This document shows, in pieces, positions 10,006 to 20,328 of a stretch of DNA of 64,000 nucleotides. The translations under genes were made by a program, and so were the position numbers. The stretch's first letter is position 1. The number at the start of each line of letters is the position of its first letter. Source of the stretch: Alteromonas sp. (GTDB taxonomy: Bacteria > Margulisbacteria > Marinamargulisbacteria > UBA6595); the NCBI GenBank assembly GCA_964220215.1, contig CAXPTH010000021.1:31826-95825 (forward strand), given 5' to 3'. The notes beneath the pieces are model-generated. The model saw nothing but the letters and a program-made list of their open reading frames with translations, searched no databases and was not told the origin of the DNA.

Positions 10006-11657
10006 TACTAAATATTTTGGGTGGTTTGGGGGTTTTCTTGTACGGGCTAAAACTCATGTCCGATACGTTGCAAAAAATATCCTCCTCCAAACTGCGTTCG
10101 TTTTTTAACAAGTTTACCAAGAACAAATTAATTGGCATTGGGCTTGGGGCTGTGGTCACCAGTATTTTGCAAAGCAGTTCGGCCACAACGGTGATTTTAG
10201 TGGGATTTGCCAATGCGGGGGTCATTAAGCTCACCCAGTGCATTAGCATTATTTTTGGGGCCAATATTGGTACCACAATTACGGCACAAATTATTGCGTT
10301 TAAAAGCAGCACCTTAGCATTGCCGCTCATTGGAGTAAGCGCTTTGTTTTTGCTATTGGCCAAAAAACCCAAAACACGGCGTATTGGTGAATTGTTGCTG
10401 GGCTTGGGCCTGTTATTTTTGGGACTCAAGCTGATGGGATCGTATTTAAAGCCATTGAAAGAAATTCCGTTATTTTCTGAATTGTTTGTTAGTTTTGGGA
10501 CCAACCCGTTGCTGGGAATTTTAGTCGGCACCCTCGTCACCATGGTGTTGCAAAGTAGTTCGGCGACTACAGGGATGATTATTGCCCTGGCCAGTATGGA
10601 TGCAATTAACTTTCAATCGGCCTTTGCTTTGGAACTGGGTGGAAATATTGGCACAACAATTACCGCACAAATCGCCTCCATCAATACCAATATCACCGCT
10701 CGGCGAACGGCCTGGGCGCACACCTTATTTAATGTTATTGGGGCCACGTATATGTTAATTTTGTTTTATATTAAGGTCCATGGGCAACCCATTTTCTTGC
10801 ATCTCATTAATCTATGCACACCTGGAAACGTCTTTGCTGGTGAAAATTTAGCCCGGCATATTGCCAATGCCCACACGGTATTTAATGTCTTCAATGCCAT
10901 CATTATGTTTCCCTTTATTGGCAAGCTGGCCAAATTAACCCAATACATTGTTCCAGGAGAAATTACCAGTCAAGCTCAAACCAAATCGTACATTGATGAT
11001 CGGTTTTCTACCTCCCCGCCCATTTCCCTCATGCAAGCCCGCAAAGAACTTACTCAAATGAACCACCATGTGCATCAGCTCACCACAACGGCCTACAACA
11101 AACTACTGGGCAAATCCAAGCCCTCGCTATCCAATCAAGAAACAGAAAATACCGAGCAAACCGTCAATCAAATGCACAATAAACTCACGCAGTTTTTAGT
11201 TGGCCTCAATGTGAATATTTTAACGGAATCGCAGCACATTAAAAGCAACAAGCTTATTCATACCACCGGGCATTTGGAGCGCGTGGGGGATTATGCCAAC
11301 ACCATTATTAAACGCATTGATGACCAAAATATTCGATTGCCCGAATCCCTCACGCGGATTATTGAGCCCTTATTTGATAAAATCAACCATCAGCACCGGC
11401 TCATTGATCAGATTTTATTGGGGCAACCCAGCGCCCAAAACTCTGAAACGGTCAACCAGCGGGCCATTGAGTTGGAGCAAATGCTACGGCGGGAGCACTT
11501 GAGTGCCATGCGAACCAAAAAATTAAGCACCCAGCAGGGCTTGGCAATTGTGGGCCTTATTCACAATTTAGAGCGGATTTCATCGCATTTAAAGCAAGCC
11601 GCTCAGTCGATCCCGCATACGCAACATGCCTCTTCGGTCGACGTCGAAACGGACTAG
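9999..11657 (+). CDS. Na+/Pi cotransporter with PhoU-like C-terminal domains
   Basis: Two QSSSA repeats, GANIGTT/GGNIGTT, IANAHT.FN, LERVGD and LERIS. Confidence 0.9.
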   Translation: MLVLNILGGLGVFLYGLKLMSDTLQKISSSKLRSFFNKFTKNKLIGIGLGAVVTSILQSSSATTVILVGFANAGVIKLTQCISIIFGANIGTTITAQIIAFKSSTLALPLIGVSALFLLLAKKPKTRRIGELLLGLGLLFLGLKLMGSYLKPLKEIPLFSELFVSFGTNPLLGILVGTLVTMVLQSSSATTGMIIALASMDAINFQSAFALELGGNIGTTITAQIASINTNITARRTAWAHTLFNVIGATYMLILFYIKVHGQPIFLHLINLCTPGNVFAGENLARHIANAHTVFNVFNAIIMFPFIGKLAKLTQYIVPGEITSQAQTKSYIDDRFSTSPPISLMQARKELTQMNHHVHQLTTTAYNKLLGKSKPSLSNQETENTEQTVNQMHNKLTQFLVGLNVNILTESQHIKSNKLIHTTGHLERVGDYANTIIKRIDDQNIRLPESLTRIIEPLFDKINHQHRLIDQILLGQPSAQNSETVNQRAIELEQMLRREHLSAMRTKKLSTQQGLAIVGLIHNLERISSHLKQAAQSIPHTQHASSVDVETD

Positions 11658-11660
11658 ACC

Positions 11661-12860
11661 GTGAATACCTTAACGATTATTGGCATGGCACTGGGTTTGG
11701 GACTCATGGCCAGTGTTCTGATTCGCAAGCTACGCTTACCCCAAGTCATTGGGCATATTATCATCGGAACTGTCTTGGGTTTATCGGGCTTAAATATCTT
11801 TAACCTGGATAATATTCATGATTTTTTACCCATTTCTAGCATTGCTTTGGGCATGATTGGCTTTTTGATTGGTGGTGAATTGCGGTGGTCGCGTTTGAAA
11901 AAAATTGGACGATCCATCGTCATTATTACGGCATTTGAAACGGTATGTTCGTTATTGGCGGTATTTTTAATTGTGTGGCTCATCACGCGTAGCATTCCCT
12001 TTGCCTTGATTTTAGGGTCTCTGGCGAGTGCCACGGCTCCCGGTGGAACGACGACGGTGATTCAGGAATACCGGGCCCGGGGGCGACTCACGTCAACTTT
12101 ATTTGGGGTCGTGGGCATGGACGATGCCTTTGCCATTATTTTGTATGCCTTTTCCTTTAACCTAGCCAAATCCATGTTAATTCCAAATGCTGTATTTAGC
12201 TGGTCCTCGATTATTCATGCGGGGATTCATGAAATTGGGGGAGCGTTGCTATTGGGTAGTGTCATGGCCAGCATTATTTTACTTACTATTCGTTTATTTA
12301 AGAATGATGATGCTAAAAACGTATTGTTGCTCAGCGGCTTATTTTTATGTGTGGGCATTGGCACCCATTATCAGTGTTCGATTATTTTAACGACCATGTG
12401 CATGGGCATTATTATTGCCAATCGAAAACCCAACCAATCTCGGCATTATTTTACGTTATTGAGTCAATTCACCCCGCCCATTTATATTCTATTTTTTATT
12501 CTAGTCGGTGCTCGGCTGCAAGCCAATATTCTGATCACCATGGGCAGTGTGGGCGTGGCGTATGTTGTGTTTCGAACTTTGGGCAAATTGGTGGGTAGCT
12601 GGCTGGGTGCTGTGTTGGCCAAAGCGCCGGCTAAGGTATCCAAAAATTTGGGGCTGTGTTTGCTCAGCCAAGCGGGGGTGGCCTTGGGGTTGGCCATTTC
12701 AACGTATCACGAACTGTCCACACTATCACCATTGGCGAATACAACCGGTTTGTATATACTAAATATCATCACCGGTAGTACGCTGTTGTTTCAAATTGTT
12801 GGCCCAATATTAACCAAATTAGCCTTACAGCGGGCGGGTGAAATTCAAGGAGATGCATAA
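11661..12860 (+). CDS. Cation:proton antiporter (CPA family)
   Basis: About 12 TM segments, ATAP, GMDDA, QAGVALGLA, GPILTK. Confidence 0.85.
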   Translation: MNTLTIIGMALGLGLMASVLIRKLRLPQVIGHIIIGTVLGLSGLNIFNLDNIHDFLPISSIALGMIGFLIGGELRWSRLKKIGRSIVIITAFETVCSLLAVFLIVWLITRSIPFALILGSLASATAPGGTTTVIQEYRARGRLTSTLFGVVGMDDAFAIILYAFSFNLAKSMLIPNAVFSWSSIIHAGIHEIGGALLLGSVMASIILLTIRLFKNDDAKNVLLLSGLFLCVGIGTHYQCSIILTTMCMGIIIANRKPNQSRHYFTLLSQFTPPIYILFFILVGARLQANILITMGSVGVAYVVFRTLGKLVGSWLGAVLAKAPAKVSKNLGLCLLSQAGVALGLAISTYHELSTLSPLANTTGLYILNIITGSTLLFQIVGPILTKLALQRAGEIQGDA

Positions 12861-13544
12861 ATGCTAGATAAATATTTTGGATTTATTAACCTAAGTTTGG
12901 ATACCGAAGAGGCGGTAGTTGAGGCGTTCATTGAGCATACGGCTCTGGACAAAACGGAGCATCAGCACTTGGTGGCGATGTTGCGCGGGTTGTACCAAAA
13001 TTCGGGGGATCTGGTGGAGGTGGAATACGGTAAAATTCGGACCATTACGTTGGAATCCTCAGCGGAGTTTGAGCAGATGGCTGAGCAAATTATTACCAGT
13101 GACTTTTCAGCCAACAAACAAGCACGTTTGTTGACCATTTATACCCGAATTTGCAATATATCCACAGCGATTATTGCATGTGCAAAACGGATGTTGATTT
13201 TGAAACGCATTGGGGGCACCATCCCGGAGTCTTTGCATCCTGAATTGCTCGCAATGATGGATAGTCTTGAAACGATTAATGATCGGTTTAAAGATACGTT
13301 GTCGGCATTATTGGGAAACCGAAAAACCATTGCGACGGCGATCCATGCCGTGAAAGAAATTGAGCAAACGGTGGATCACCAACGTGGGGAATGCTTGACG
13401 CATTTGTATCAGCTAGCCAATACAACGGACATCCCAGCGGGGACGTTTCGTTGTATTGAAAATATTATTGAACATATTGAAACAATTGCCGATACCGTCG
13501 AATCAGCGACGATTTCTATCGAATGGCTGCTACTGGCAGAGTAG
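12861..13544 (+). CDS. DUF47 family (PhoU-like phosphate transport regulator)
   Basis: Duplicated helical unit with E..D and IE.IAD..E motifs; downstream of a phosphate transporter. Confidence 0.65.
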   Translation: MLDKYFGFINLSLDTEEAVVEAFIEHTALDKTEHQHLVAMLRGLYQNSGDLVEVEYGKIRTITLESSAEFEQMAEQIITSDFSANKQARLLTIYTRICNISTAIIACAKRMLILKRIGGTIPESLHPELLAMMDSLETINDRFKDTLSALLGNRKTIATAIHAVKEIEQTVDHQRGECLTHLYQLANTTDIPAGTFRCIENIIEHIETIADTVESATISIEWLLLAE

Positions 13545-13566
13545 TCCCCCGCCAGCAATGGCTAAC

Positions 13567-14163
13567 TTATCCCGAATAGCGACTGGATACAAACGCCCAG
13601 TTTACATGATTCCAAAATGCAGCCACATAATCTGGACGGCGATTCTGGTAATGCAAATAATACGCATGCTCCCACACATCCAAGCCCAACAACGGCTGAT
13701 GCCCATCCATCAGCGGATTGTCTTGATTGGGGGTTGAGCTAACAACCAATTGCCCATTATTCACCGACAACCACGCCCAGCCACTCCCAAACCGTGTTTT
13801 GGCCGCTGTTTCAAACGCCGTTTTAAATTCTTCAAAACTACCAAACTGCTGCGCAATCGCATCCGCCAAGGCTCCCGATGGCGCCTGACCCGATTCCGGT
13901 GATAAACATTGCCAAAATAACGCATGATTGTAATGACCACCCCCGTTGTTGCGGACGGCTGTTCGCTTCGCTTCCGGCACCTCATGCAACCGCCCCATCA
14001 AATCCTCAACCGATACACTGGCCAAGGCCGTACCCGCCAAGGCATCATTCACGTTGGTCACATACGCTTGATGATGCTTCCCATGGTGAATTTGCATGGT
14101 GTTCGCATCAATAAATCCAGCCAACGCATCGGGTGCATAGGGCAATTCTGGCAATGTATACAT
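13567..14163 (-). CDS. sodA: Superoxide dismutase, Mn type
   Basis: [30 protein letters not shown]. Confidence 0.93.
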   Translation of the reverse strand: MYTLPELPYAPDALAGFIDANTMQIHHGKHHQAYVTNVNDALAGTALASVSVEDLMGRLHEVPEAKRTAVRNNGGGHYNHALFWQCLSPESGQAPSGALADAIAQQFGSFEEFKTAFETAAKTRFGSGWAWLSVNNGQLVVSSTPNQDNPLMDGHQPLLGLDVWEHAYYLHYQNRRPDYVAAFWNHVNWAFVSSRYSG

Positions 14164-14318
14164 ACCGTTTATCTCCTTCCTTTAATTTGATTACTACGTC
14201 TTCAAATTTTAGTGTACCGTAAAACCGATTGGCTTGCAAAATATTGTGTAAAATATTGACAAAAACCCCCAATTATTGCTATTTTTTAGTCAGTAATCCA
14301 CCCCATAATGATGACACA

Positions 14319-16958
14319 ATGACCCTATCACTTTCTGATCCAGACGGCTACCACCACAGTGCCCTAGACGTCTTTTATGAAACCATTCGGGAAACCCCCT
14401 ATGCCCATGAATTGGATCGTGTTTTGCGTGTCATTGAGGCCCCTTCCCCAGCGGAGCGCCACACAATTCTCATGGGCATTCCGGCCAATGAATTTGATGC
14501 CTTTATTCATGTGTTTCACATTACCATGTTTGTGCATCACAGCCTTGAAAACCCCACCCCAGCCACGGATCCAACGCCCGTAACCCATGCCCTTCAAACA
14601 CTATTAAACACCGTGCCCTTGGAAGATGCCTTGGCCCTACTTCCCGGGGCAATTACCGACGTGCTCACCACCCACCCCGTGGACATGGACCGCGGATTGG
14701 TGGTCTCACACAAGCAAGATTTTGAGCAATTGTGCCAAACCTGGGAACACACCAAGCGCACCTACGCGCATGTGACAGACACCCACGATACACTCCTCAT
14801 TCGCGCCACATTAAATAATACCTACCAGCAATTAAAGCACGTCATTTTATTGCTCATCTATACCCCGAATTATCGGCAAAATCGTATTCACGCAGAATCC
14901 GAGCAACGGCATTTGTCTCGGGCCATCAAAGACCATGAAATGGCGATTTTAACCCATTGGCGAAAACTCATTACCGTCGTACAAGTCTTGTGCCTTCAGC
15001 ACGTATTACGCACACTGGATGACCCAGCCTATGCCCAATACACCCAACTGCCGCCCATCCAAGCCAGCTATGTCACATTGGCCGCACTGCCTGTACTGAA
15101 TCGCCATGCCTTATTCCCAACCATTGCCAATTTATCCCATACCCTGTATTACCATTTAGAAACATGGCGGGGCGACATGGACGGAAACCCGTATGTCAAC
15201 GCCAACACCGTGGCTCTGAGCCTTGCCTATGGCCGAAAACGCTGTTTTGAGCGACTCTCCGCCGATGATGCCGTAATTCGGTATCGGTACAACACGCCGG
15301 CATTTTTGCGCATTGAAGCGGAGCTGTCGGATCGCTTATCTACTTTAGAAACAACTGGAGACCCAGCCTGGGTAGCCTATATTCAGGACCGACACGCCGC
15401 CGGTTGGCCCCCCGTACAAATCTACAGTGGACTGGCCTATTACCGCATGGTTGAAATGACCGAAGCGGCGGAGTTGTTTTCACGCACCCCAGACACCCCA
15501 GCAATGCTGCATACTGGCTATGCAACCGATGCGGATTTTTTAGCCGTCACAGAGCCTTTGGAAGCCTTAGAGGCCAGCTTGGGCTTCACCCATGGGTTTT
15601 GGCACACGCAACGCCAATTGATTCAACTGCGTGGATTATCTCTGGGGCATCCCCACATTCGGCACAGCGAACACGCCAATCACACACTGGCTTTAGAACT
15701 CATGGGCATGACCCCAACCGCATGGGCGGCGTTATCCGAACCCGAGCAATGTGCCCAATTGCTCCATTGGCTAGACACGGCTACCCCGATTACCCAGATC
15801 CCCGATGCATTATCCCCGGCCAGCCATGCCTTGTTGAATAATTATTTGGGCATGATGGCCGTGGCACCCACGAGCCGACTCATTCAAAGTGATTCCATGG
15901 AATATTTGCCATCACTGAGGGCCAGTTTGACCCTACTGCGGTTGGTGAGTGTGTGGATTGGGCATACTGGAACTTGGGTAATTTTGTGTGAAAACGAAGC
16001 CAGCATGGCCACCAGCATTGCCGCTATGAACGACCCCACCCAACGCGCCTTATTTCACAATGTAATTATGATGTGTGCCGGTTCTGATAATCAAAAAAAA
16101 CTAGGGCCCTTTTATTCAGCCTATCTGAATACCACGTTTCTGAAAACCGCCCAAGCCAATGGTATTGACAGCTTTTTTGGCGTTGGCGACTCGCCCTTGC
16201 GATCGGCCTTGCACACGCCATTTTGTACGTTTAAAACCCTGCAGCCGGGCAGTCGAAAGCATCATTTTTTTGCACAGCGCATTCAGCAATATGTGTCGCA
16301 TCGCTTAGCCACGCATATCCAAAATTGTACCCACTATTGGGTATCTCAGCATAGGCCGTCCCCCATGTCCGATTCTATTTTTCAGCTATTGGGCGCATCG
16401 ATGTACCCCCCCTACAAAGCCGCTGTGCAACACAATACAGCGCTTCATGCGGCCATCCAATCCATTGCAAGCATTGCCACCACCTATTTTTCACGCCCCG
16501 CCACAAAACCGGCCTCAAACGATTCGGTGTTAACCCAAATTCGTGCGATTGATAGCGGACGCGCGCAGTTAATTTTGAATACCTGCGACCCCCAATTGGC
16601 GGGCTTATCGGTTGGCATTGCGGACTTTTTGGATGCGTTAGCCACGGCTAACATTGAAACCGATGCTTGCTATGACTTTTTTAATCACACCCCAACTGGC
16701 CAGGCACTATTAAATACTTTGGCCTATTTTCATACGATTTTAGATGATCGCCTGGACACCCCGGCAGCGATTCGAACGGTCACACAAGCCGATGTTCAAG
16801 CCGCTTATGCAGCACTGAGTGGCCAAACGCTACTGGGTCAATCGGACCCCACATTGGCCATTGTCCGGTGCATCTGGCAGTGCGTCACCAACCGAACGGA
16901 TTTGCACGAACACAAGGCCAACACCCTCTTGCTCTTTGGCGCCAATTGGATGGTTTAA
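14319..16958 (+). CDS. Highly divergent phosphoenolpyruvate carboxylase-like protein
   Basis: PEPC motifs in order but degenerate: VLTTHP, WRGDMDGNPYV, HIRH, ILCE, AGSDNQK, FFGVGDSPLRS, TLQPG, SRPATK, IRAI. Confidence 0.7.
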   Translation: MTLSLSDPDGYHHSALDVFYETIRETPYAHELDRVLRVIEAPSPAERHTILMGIPANEFDAFIHVFHITMFVHHSLENPTPATDPTPVTHALQTLLNTVPLEDALALLPGAITDVLTTHPVDMDRGLVVSHKQDFEQLCQTWEHTKRTYAHVTDTHDTLLIRATLNNTYQQLKHVILLLIYTPNYRQNRIHAESEQRHLSRAIKDHEMAILTHWRKLITVVQVLCLQHVLRTLDDPAYAQYTQLPPIQASYVTLAALPVLNRHALFPTIANLSHTLYYHLETWRGDMDGNPYVNANTVALSLAYGRKRCFERLSADDAVIRYRYNTPAFLRIEAELSDRLSTLETTGDPAWVAYIQDRHAAGWPPVQIYSGLAYYRMVEMTEAAELFSRTPDTPAMLHTGYATDADFLAVTEPLEALEASLGFTHGFWHTQRQLIQLRGLSLGHPHIRHSEHANHTLALELMGMTPTAWAALSEPEQCAQLLHWLDTATPITQIPDALSPASHALLNNYLGMMAVAPTSRLIQSDSMEYLPSLRASLTLLRLVSVWIGHTGTWVILCENEASMATSIAAMNDPTQRALFHNVIMMCAGSDNQKKLGPFYSAYLNTTFLKTAQANGIDSFFGVGDSPLRSALHTPFCTFKTLQPGSRKHHFFAQRIQQYVSHRLATHIQNCTHYWVSQHRPSPMSDSIFQLLGASMYPPYKAAVQHNTALHAAIQSIASIATTYFSRPATKPASNDSVLTQIRAIDSGRAQLILNTCDPQLAGLSVGIADFLDALATANIETDACYDFFNHTPTGQALLNTLAYFHTILDDRLDTPAAIRTVTQADVQAAYAALSGQTLLGQSDPTLAIVRCIWQCVTNRTDLHEHKANTLLLFGANWMV

Positions 16959-19900
16959 TGCGTCATCCAAACGGACGCTTTGCCCAAAATTGCCTGAAGA
17001 ACCGGCACGCATTCCGCTGAAACCCCGTACTGCATGCCCGCTAAAATCACGGTATCCTGGGCGTGTATCAACACCCGGCAGTCCCCCGGATGCATTTTAA
17101 TCATGCTATGCACTTGATGCACCATCGCAGGGGAATACAAAACGGCATTCACATCCACATGCATCGCCTGCTTGGATGCATGGGCCTGCATGGGAGTAAT
17201 GGCTCGGGCCGTTAGGGTACGTTCATCATCGGATTTGGTTCGAATCGTCCCCATAATTGTCACCACAGCGTCATCGTGAAACGATTCAAAAATTGCCGGG
17301 GAATCGGCTTGCTCAAACACCAAAACATCCAGGCTATGCGTTTGATCCGACACGATCCCGACACCCATTTTCTTGCCCGATTTGCTTTGCACCACCCGGC
17401 ACCCCGTTAATACCCCAACCACCTGAACCGAGGCATTGCCGGATGCCGATTGCAACACCGTTTCTAACCGATGCTCCGGTTGAATAACCACCGAATCCAA
17501 CGGATGCCCAGACAAATACACCCCCAGCATTTCTTTTTCAAACCCCAACAATTGTTCCGGTGGTATCGCCGGCACGCGCACATCGACGCTCGCATCGGGC
17601 TGGGTCTCCGTCCAACTAAACAAACTTTGTTGGCCATTTTTTTGAGCCTTAACCTGGCGCTGGGCCCACTCCAAATCCGCCGCATACCGATGCAATAAAA
17701 CATCCCGGGTGTCCCAGTCTAAAAAACACCCGCTCTTAATTAAACTTTCCACCACCCGTTTGTTGACCTGCCGCAAATCCACCCGCATCAAAAAATCCCG
17801 CAAATCGGTATACGGTCCCAATGCCCGTTCAGCTAAAATCGACTCAATGGCTTGCTCCCCCACGTTGCGAATCCCCCCGAGTCCAAATTGTATGGCAGCC
17901 TGCGACCTTTGGGCAACCGTTGCGCCCAACTGCGAGGTGTTAATATTGGGCAAGTGTATGGCGATGCCCAAACGCCGAGCCTCATGGACATACAAGGCCG
18001 TTTTATCGCTATCGGATTGGACGCTGTTGAGCAACGCAATCATGTAGGGCACCGGATAATGGGCTTTTAAATACGCCGTTTGATACGACAACAAGGCATA
18101 GGCCACACTATGCGATTTGTTAAAGCCATATTCGGAAAATTTATAACACAATTGAAAAATAGCCTCCGCTTTGTCTGCCGCAAAGCCCCGCGCCTCAGCC
18201 CCAGATAAAAACTGCGCTTGCAACTCATCCATGACCGATTTTTTCTTTTTACCCATAGCCCGACGCAACATGTCCGCTTGGCTCAGGGTAAACCCACCAA
18301 TCACACTGGCAATTTGCATGACCTGTTCTTGGTATAAAATCATGCCATAGGTATCGGCCAAAATGGGGGCCAACTCCGGTACGCTGTACGTGGTTTCAGT
18401 CTCACCTTTTTTATTGGAAATAAACTCACTCACCATGCCCGATCCCAACGGCCCAGGTCGATATAGCGCCAATAAGGCCACCACATCCTCAAACGTGCTG
18501 GGGGCCAAGTCCACAATCAATTGCCGCATGCCTTGGCTTTCCAATTGAAAAATACCCGTGGTATGCCCCGATGCCAAGAGCGCATAGGTGTCCGAATCCG
18601 TTAAAGGTACCGTCGCGATATCAAAGTCCGTCCCTGTGGCTCGAATTAACTCCACGGTTTCTTGGATAACCGTCAGGTTTCTCAACCCCAAAATATCCAT
18701 TTTTAACAACCCAATCGTTTCCAAATCCCCCATCGAATATTGGGTGGCAATTTGATCATCATTGCGCATCAACGGCACCGTTTCGGACAACGGGTCTCTC
18801 GAAATGACCACCCCCGCCGCATGGGTTGAGGTATGCCGAGGCACCCCCTCCAAGGGCTTGGCTTGCTCCAACAAATCCGCCAATTCTGGCTTTTCCCGAC
18901 ACAAGGCCTGCAAATCCGTCACCTGCTCCAGCGCCTCCGCAATCGACACATAATGCCCCGGCTGCGAAGGAATCAACTTAGCCAATCGATCCACATCCGC
19001 CAACGGAATATTGAGCACACGCCCCACATCCCGAACCACCCCCCGAGGGGCCATGGTTCCAAACGTCGCAATCTGAGCCACGTGAGCAGCCCCATAGCGT
19101 TCCACCAAATACGCCACCACTTCATGCCGGCGCTTGATACAAAAGTCCAGGTCGATATCGGGCATGGATATCCGATCGGGGTTCAAAAACCGCTCAAATA
19201 GCAAATTGTACGGCAACGGATCCACTTGAGTAATGTCCAAGGCATACGCCACAATCGAGCCGGCTGCCGACCCCCGACCAGGCCCAACTGGAATGGATTG
19301 ATCATAACAATACACTAAAAAATCGTAAATAATTAAGAAATAAAACGAAAACCCCATGCGTTGAATAACCTGAAGCTCATGCGCCACCCGATCTTCAATT
19401 TCTTGGGTTACGGTATCGTATTTTTTTCGAATTCCCGTCCACACCAACTGGGACAAGTAGTCCTCTTTTGACAACCCATCCGGGCATTCAAATACTGGCA
19501 ACAAGACTTGGTCAGTTTCAATGCTGATCTGAATCCGATTGGCAATCGTTGCCGTTGCAGCAAGCGCATCGGGGTAATCGGGGAACAAGGCATCCATGGC
19601 CTCAACCGATTTGAAATCATGCGCCTCACTGCGCAACGCAAGCCGCGTATTGGCTTCCAACGTCTTGCCCTGCTGAATGCAATTCACAATGGTTCGCAAC
19701 CGCGCATCCGATGGCTGTGCATAATACACATCGTTGGTCACCACCAACGGAATATCCAAGGTTTTTCCCAACTGAGCCGTTCCCTGAATAATGCTTTCTT
19801 CCTGAGACTCCCCCAATCGCTGAATCCCCAAATAAAACCGGTCCCCCAGCAACGCTTTGAACCGTGTCGCCATAGCATGAGCCGCGTCGTCCTGATGCTG

Positions 19901-20326
19901 CTTGATGCAATTGGCCACCGGACCGTGATACCCATGGGCAATCACAATCAAATCCTCATGGCATTGTTCCAGCAGGTCCCAATCCATGCGCGGGGTATAG
20001 TAAAACCCATCAATATTCGCTGCCGATACCAATCGCACCACGTGTTGGTACCCCCGATCCGACATTGCCAACAGAATCACCCGATCCCGTGCCCGAACTT
20101 TTTTAGAGATTGTTTCGGTAAAGGCCAATTCACACCCAATAATGGGGGTAATACCAGCCGCTTTAGCCGCCATGTAAAAGCCAATGGCCCCATGCATAAC
20201 CCCATTGTCCGTTAGGGCGACAGCGGACATCCCGGCGGCTTTGGCTCGCTCCACCAAATCAGCGGGTGAGAGCAAGCCGTCCAGTAATGAGTAGTAACTA
20301 TGACAATGTAAGTGTGCCGAAAAAAT
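16955..20326 (-). CDS. dnaE: DNA polymerase III alpha subunit (probable ATT/ATA start)
   Basis: PHP motif HLHCHSYYSLLDG lies upstream of the track's TTG; GPGRGSAAGS, MPDIDLDF, HAAGVVI, YGFNKSH. Confidence 0.95.
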   Translation of the reverse strand: MFSAHLHCHSYYSLLDGLLSPADLVERAKAAGMSAVALTDNGVMHGAIGFYMAAKAAGITPIIGCELAFTETISKKVRARDRVILLAMSDRGYQHVVRLVSAANIDGFYYTPRMDWDLLEQCHEDLIVIAHGYHGPVANCIKQHQDDAAHAMATRFKALLGDRFYLGIQRLGESQEESIIQGTAQLGKTLDIPLVVTNDVYYAQPSDARLRTIVNCIQQGKTLEANTRLALRSEAHDFKSVEAMDALFPDYPDALAATATIANRIQISIETDQVLLPVFECPDGLSKEDYLSQLVWTGIRKKYDTVTQEIEDRVAHELQVIQRMGFSFYFLIIYDFLVYCYDQSIPVGPGRGSAAGSIVAYALDITQVDPLPYNLLFERFLNPDRISMPDIDLDFCIKRRHEVVAYLVERYGAAHVAQIATFGTMAPRGVVRDVGRVLNIPLADVDRLAKLIPSQPGHYVSIAEALEQVTDLQALCREKPELADLLEQAKPLEGVPRHTSTHAAGVVISRDPLSETVPLMRNDDQIATQYSMGDLETIGLLKMDILGLRNLTVIQETVELIRATGTDFDIATVPLTDSDTYALLASGHTTGIFQLESQGMRQLIVDLAPSTFEDVVALLALYRPGPLGSGMVSEFISNKKGETETTYSVPELAPILADTYGMILYQEQVMQIASVIGGFTLSQADMLRRAMGKKKKSVMDELQAQFLSGAEARGFAADKAEAIFQLCYKFSEYGFNKSHSVAYALLSYQTAYLKAHYPVPYMIALLNSVQSDSDKTALYVHEARRLGIAIHLPNINTSQLGATVAQRSQAAIQFGLGGIRNVGEQAIESILAERALGPYTDLRDFLMRVDLRQVNKRVVESLIKSGCFLDWDTRDVLLHRYAADLEWAQRQVKAQKNGQQSLFSWTETQPDASVDVRVPAIPPEQLLGFEKEMLGVYLSGHPLDSVVIQPEHRLETVLQSASGNASVQVVGVLTGCRVVQSKSGKKMGVGIVSDQTHSLDVLVFEQADSPAIFESFHDDAVVTIMGTIRTKSDDERTLTARAITPMQAHASKQAMHVDVNAVLYSPAMVHQVHSMIKMHPGDCRVLIHAQDTVILAGMQYGVSAECVPVLQAILGKASVWMTH

Positions 20327-20328
20327 GG

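Noticed and set aside
19508..20215. 235-aa + strand ORF (and similar long antisense ORFs such as 61510-62235, 49638-50204, 56565-57131)
   Set aside because: Shadow frames opposite well-conserved genes, with no recognisable motifs.
16955..20326. Intein or split dnaE as in cyanobacteria
   Set aside because: Continuous ORF of normal length with no intein motifs seen.
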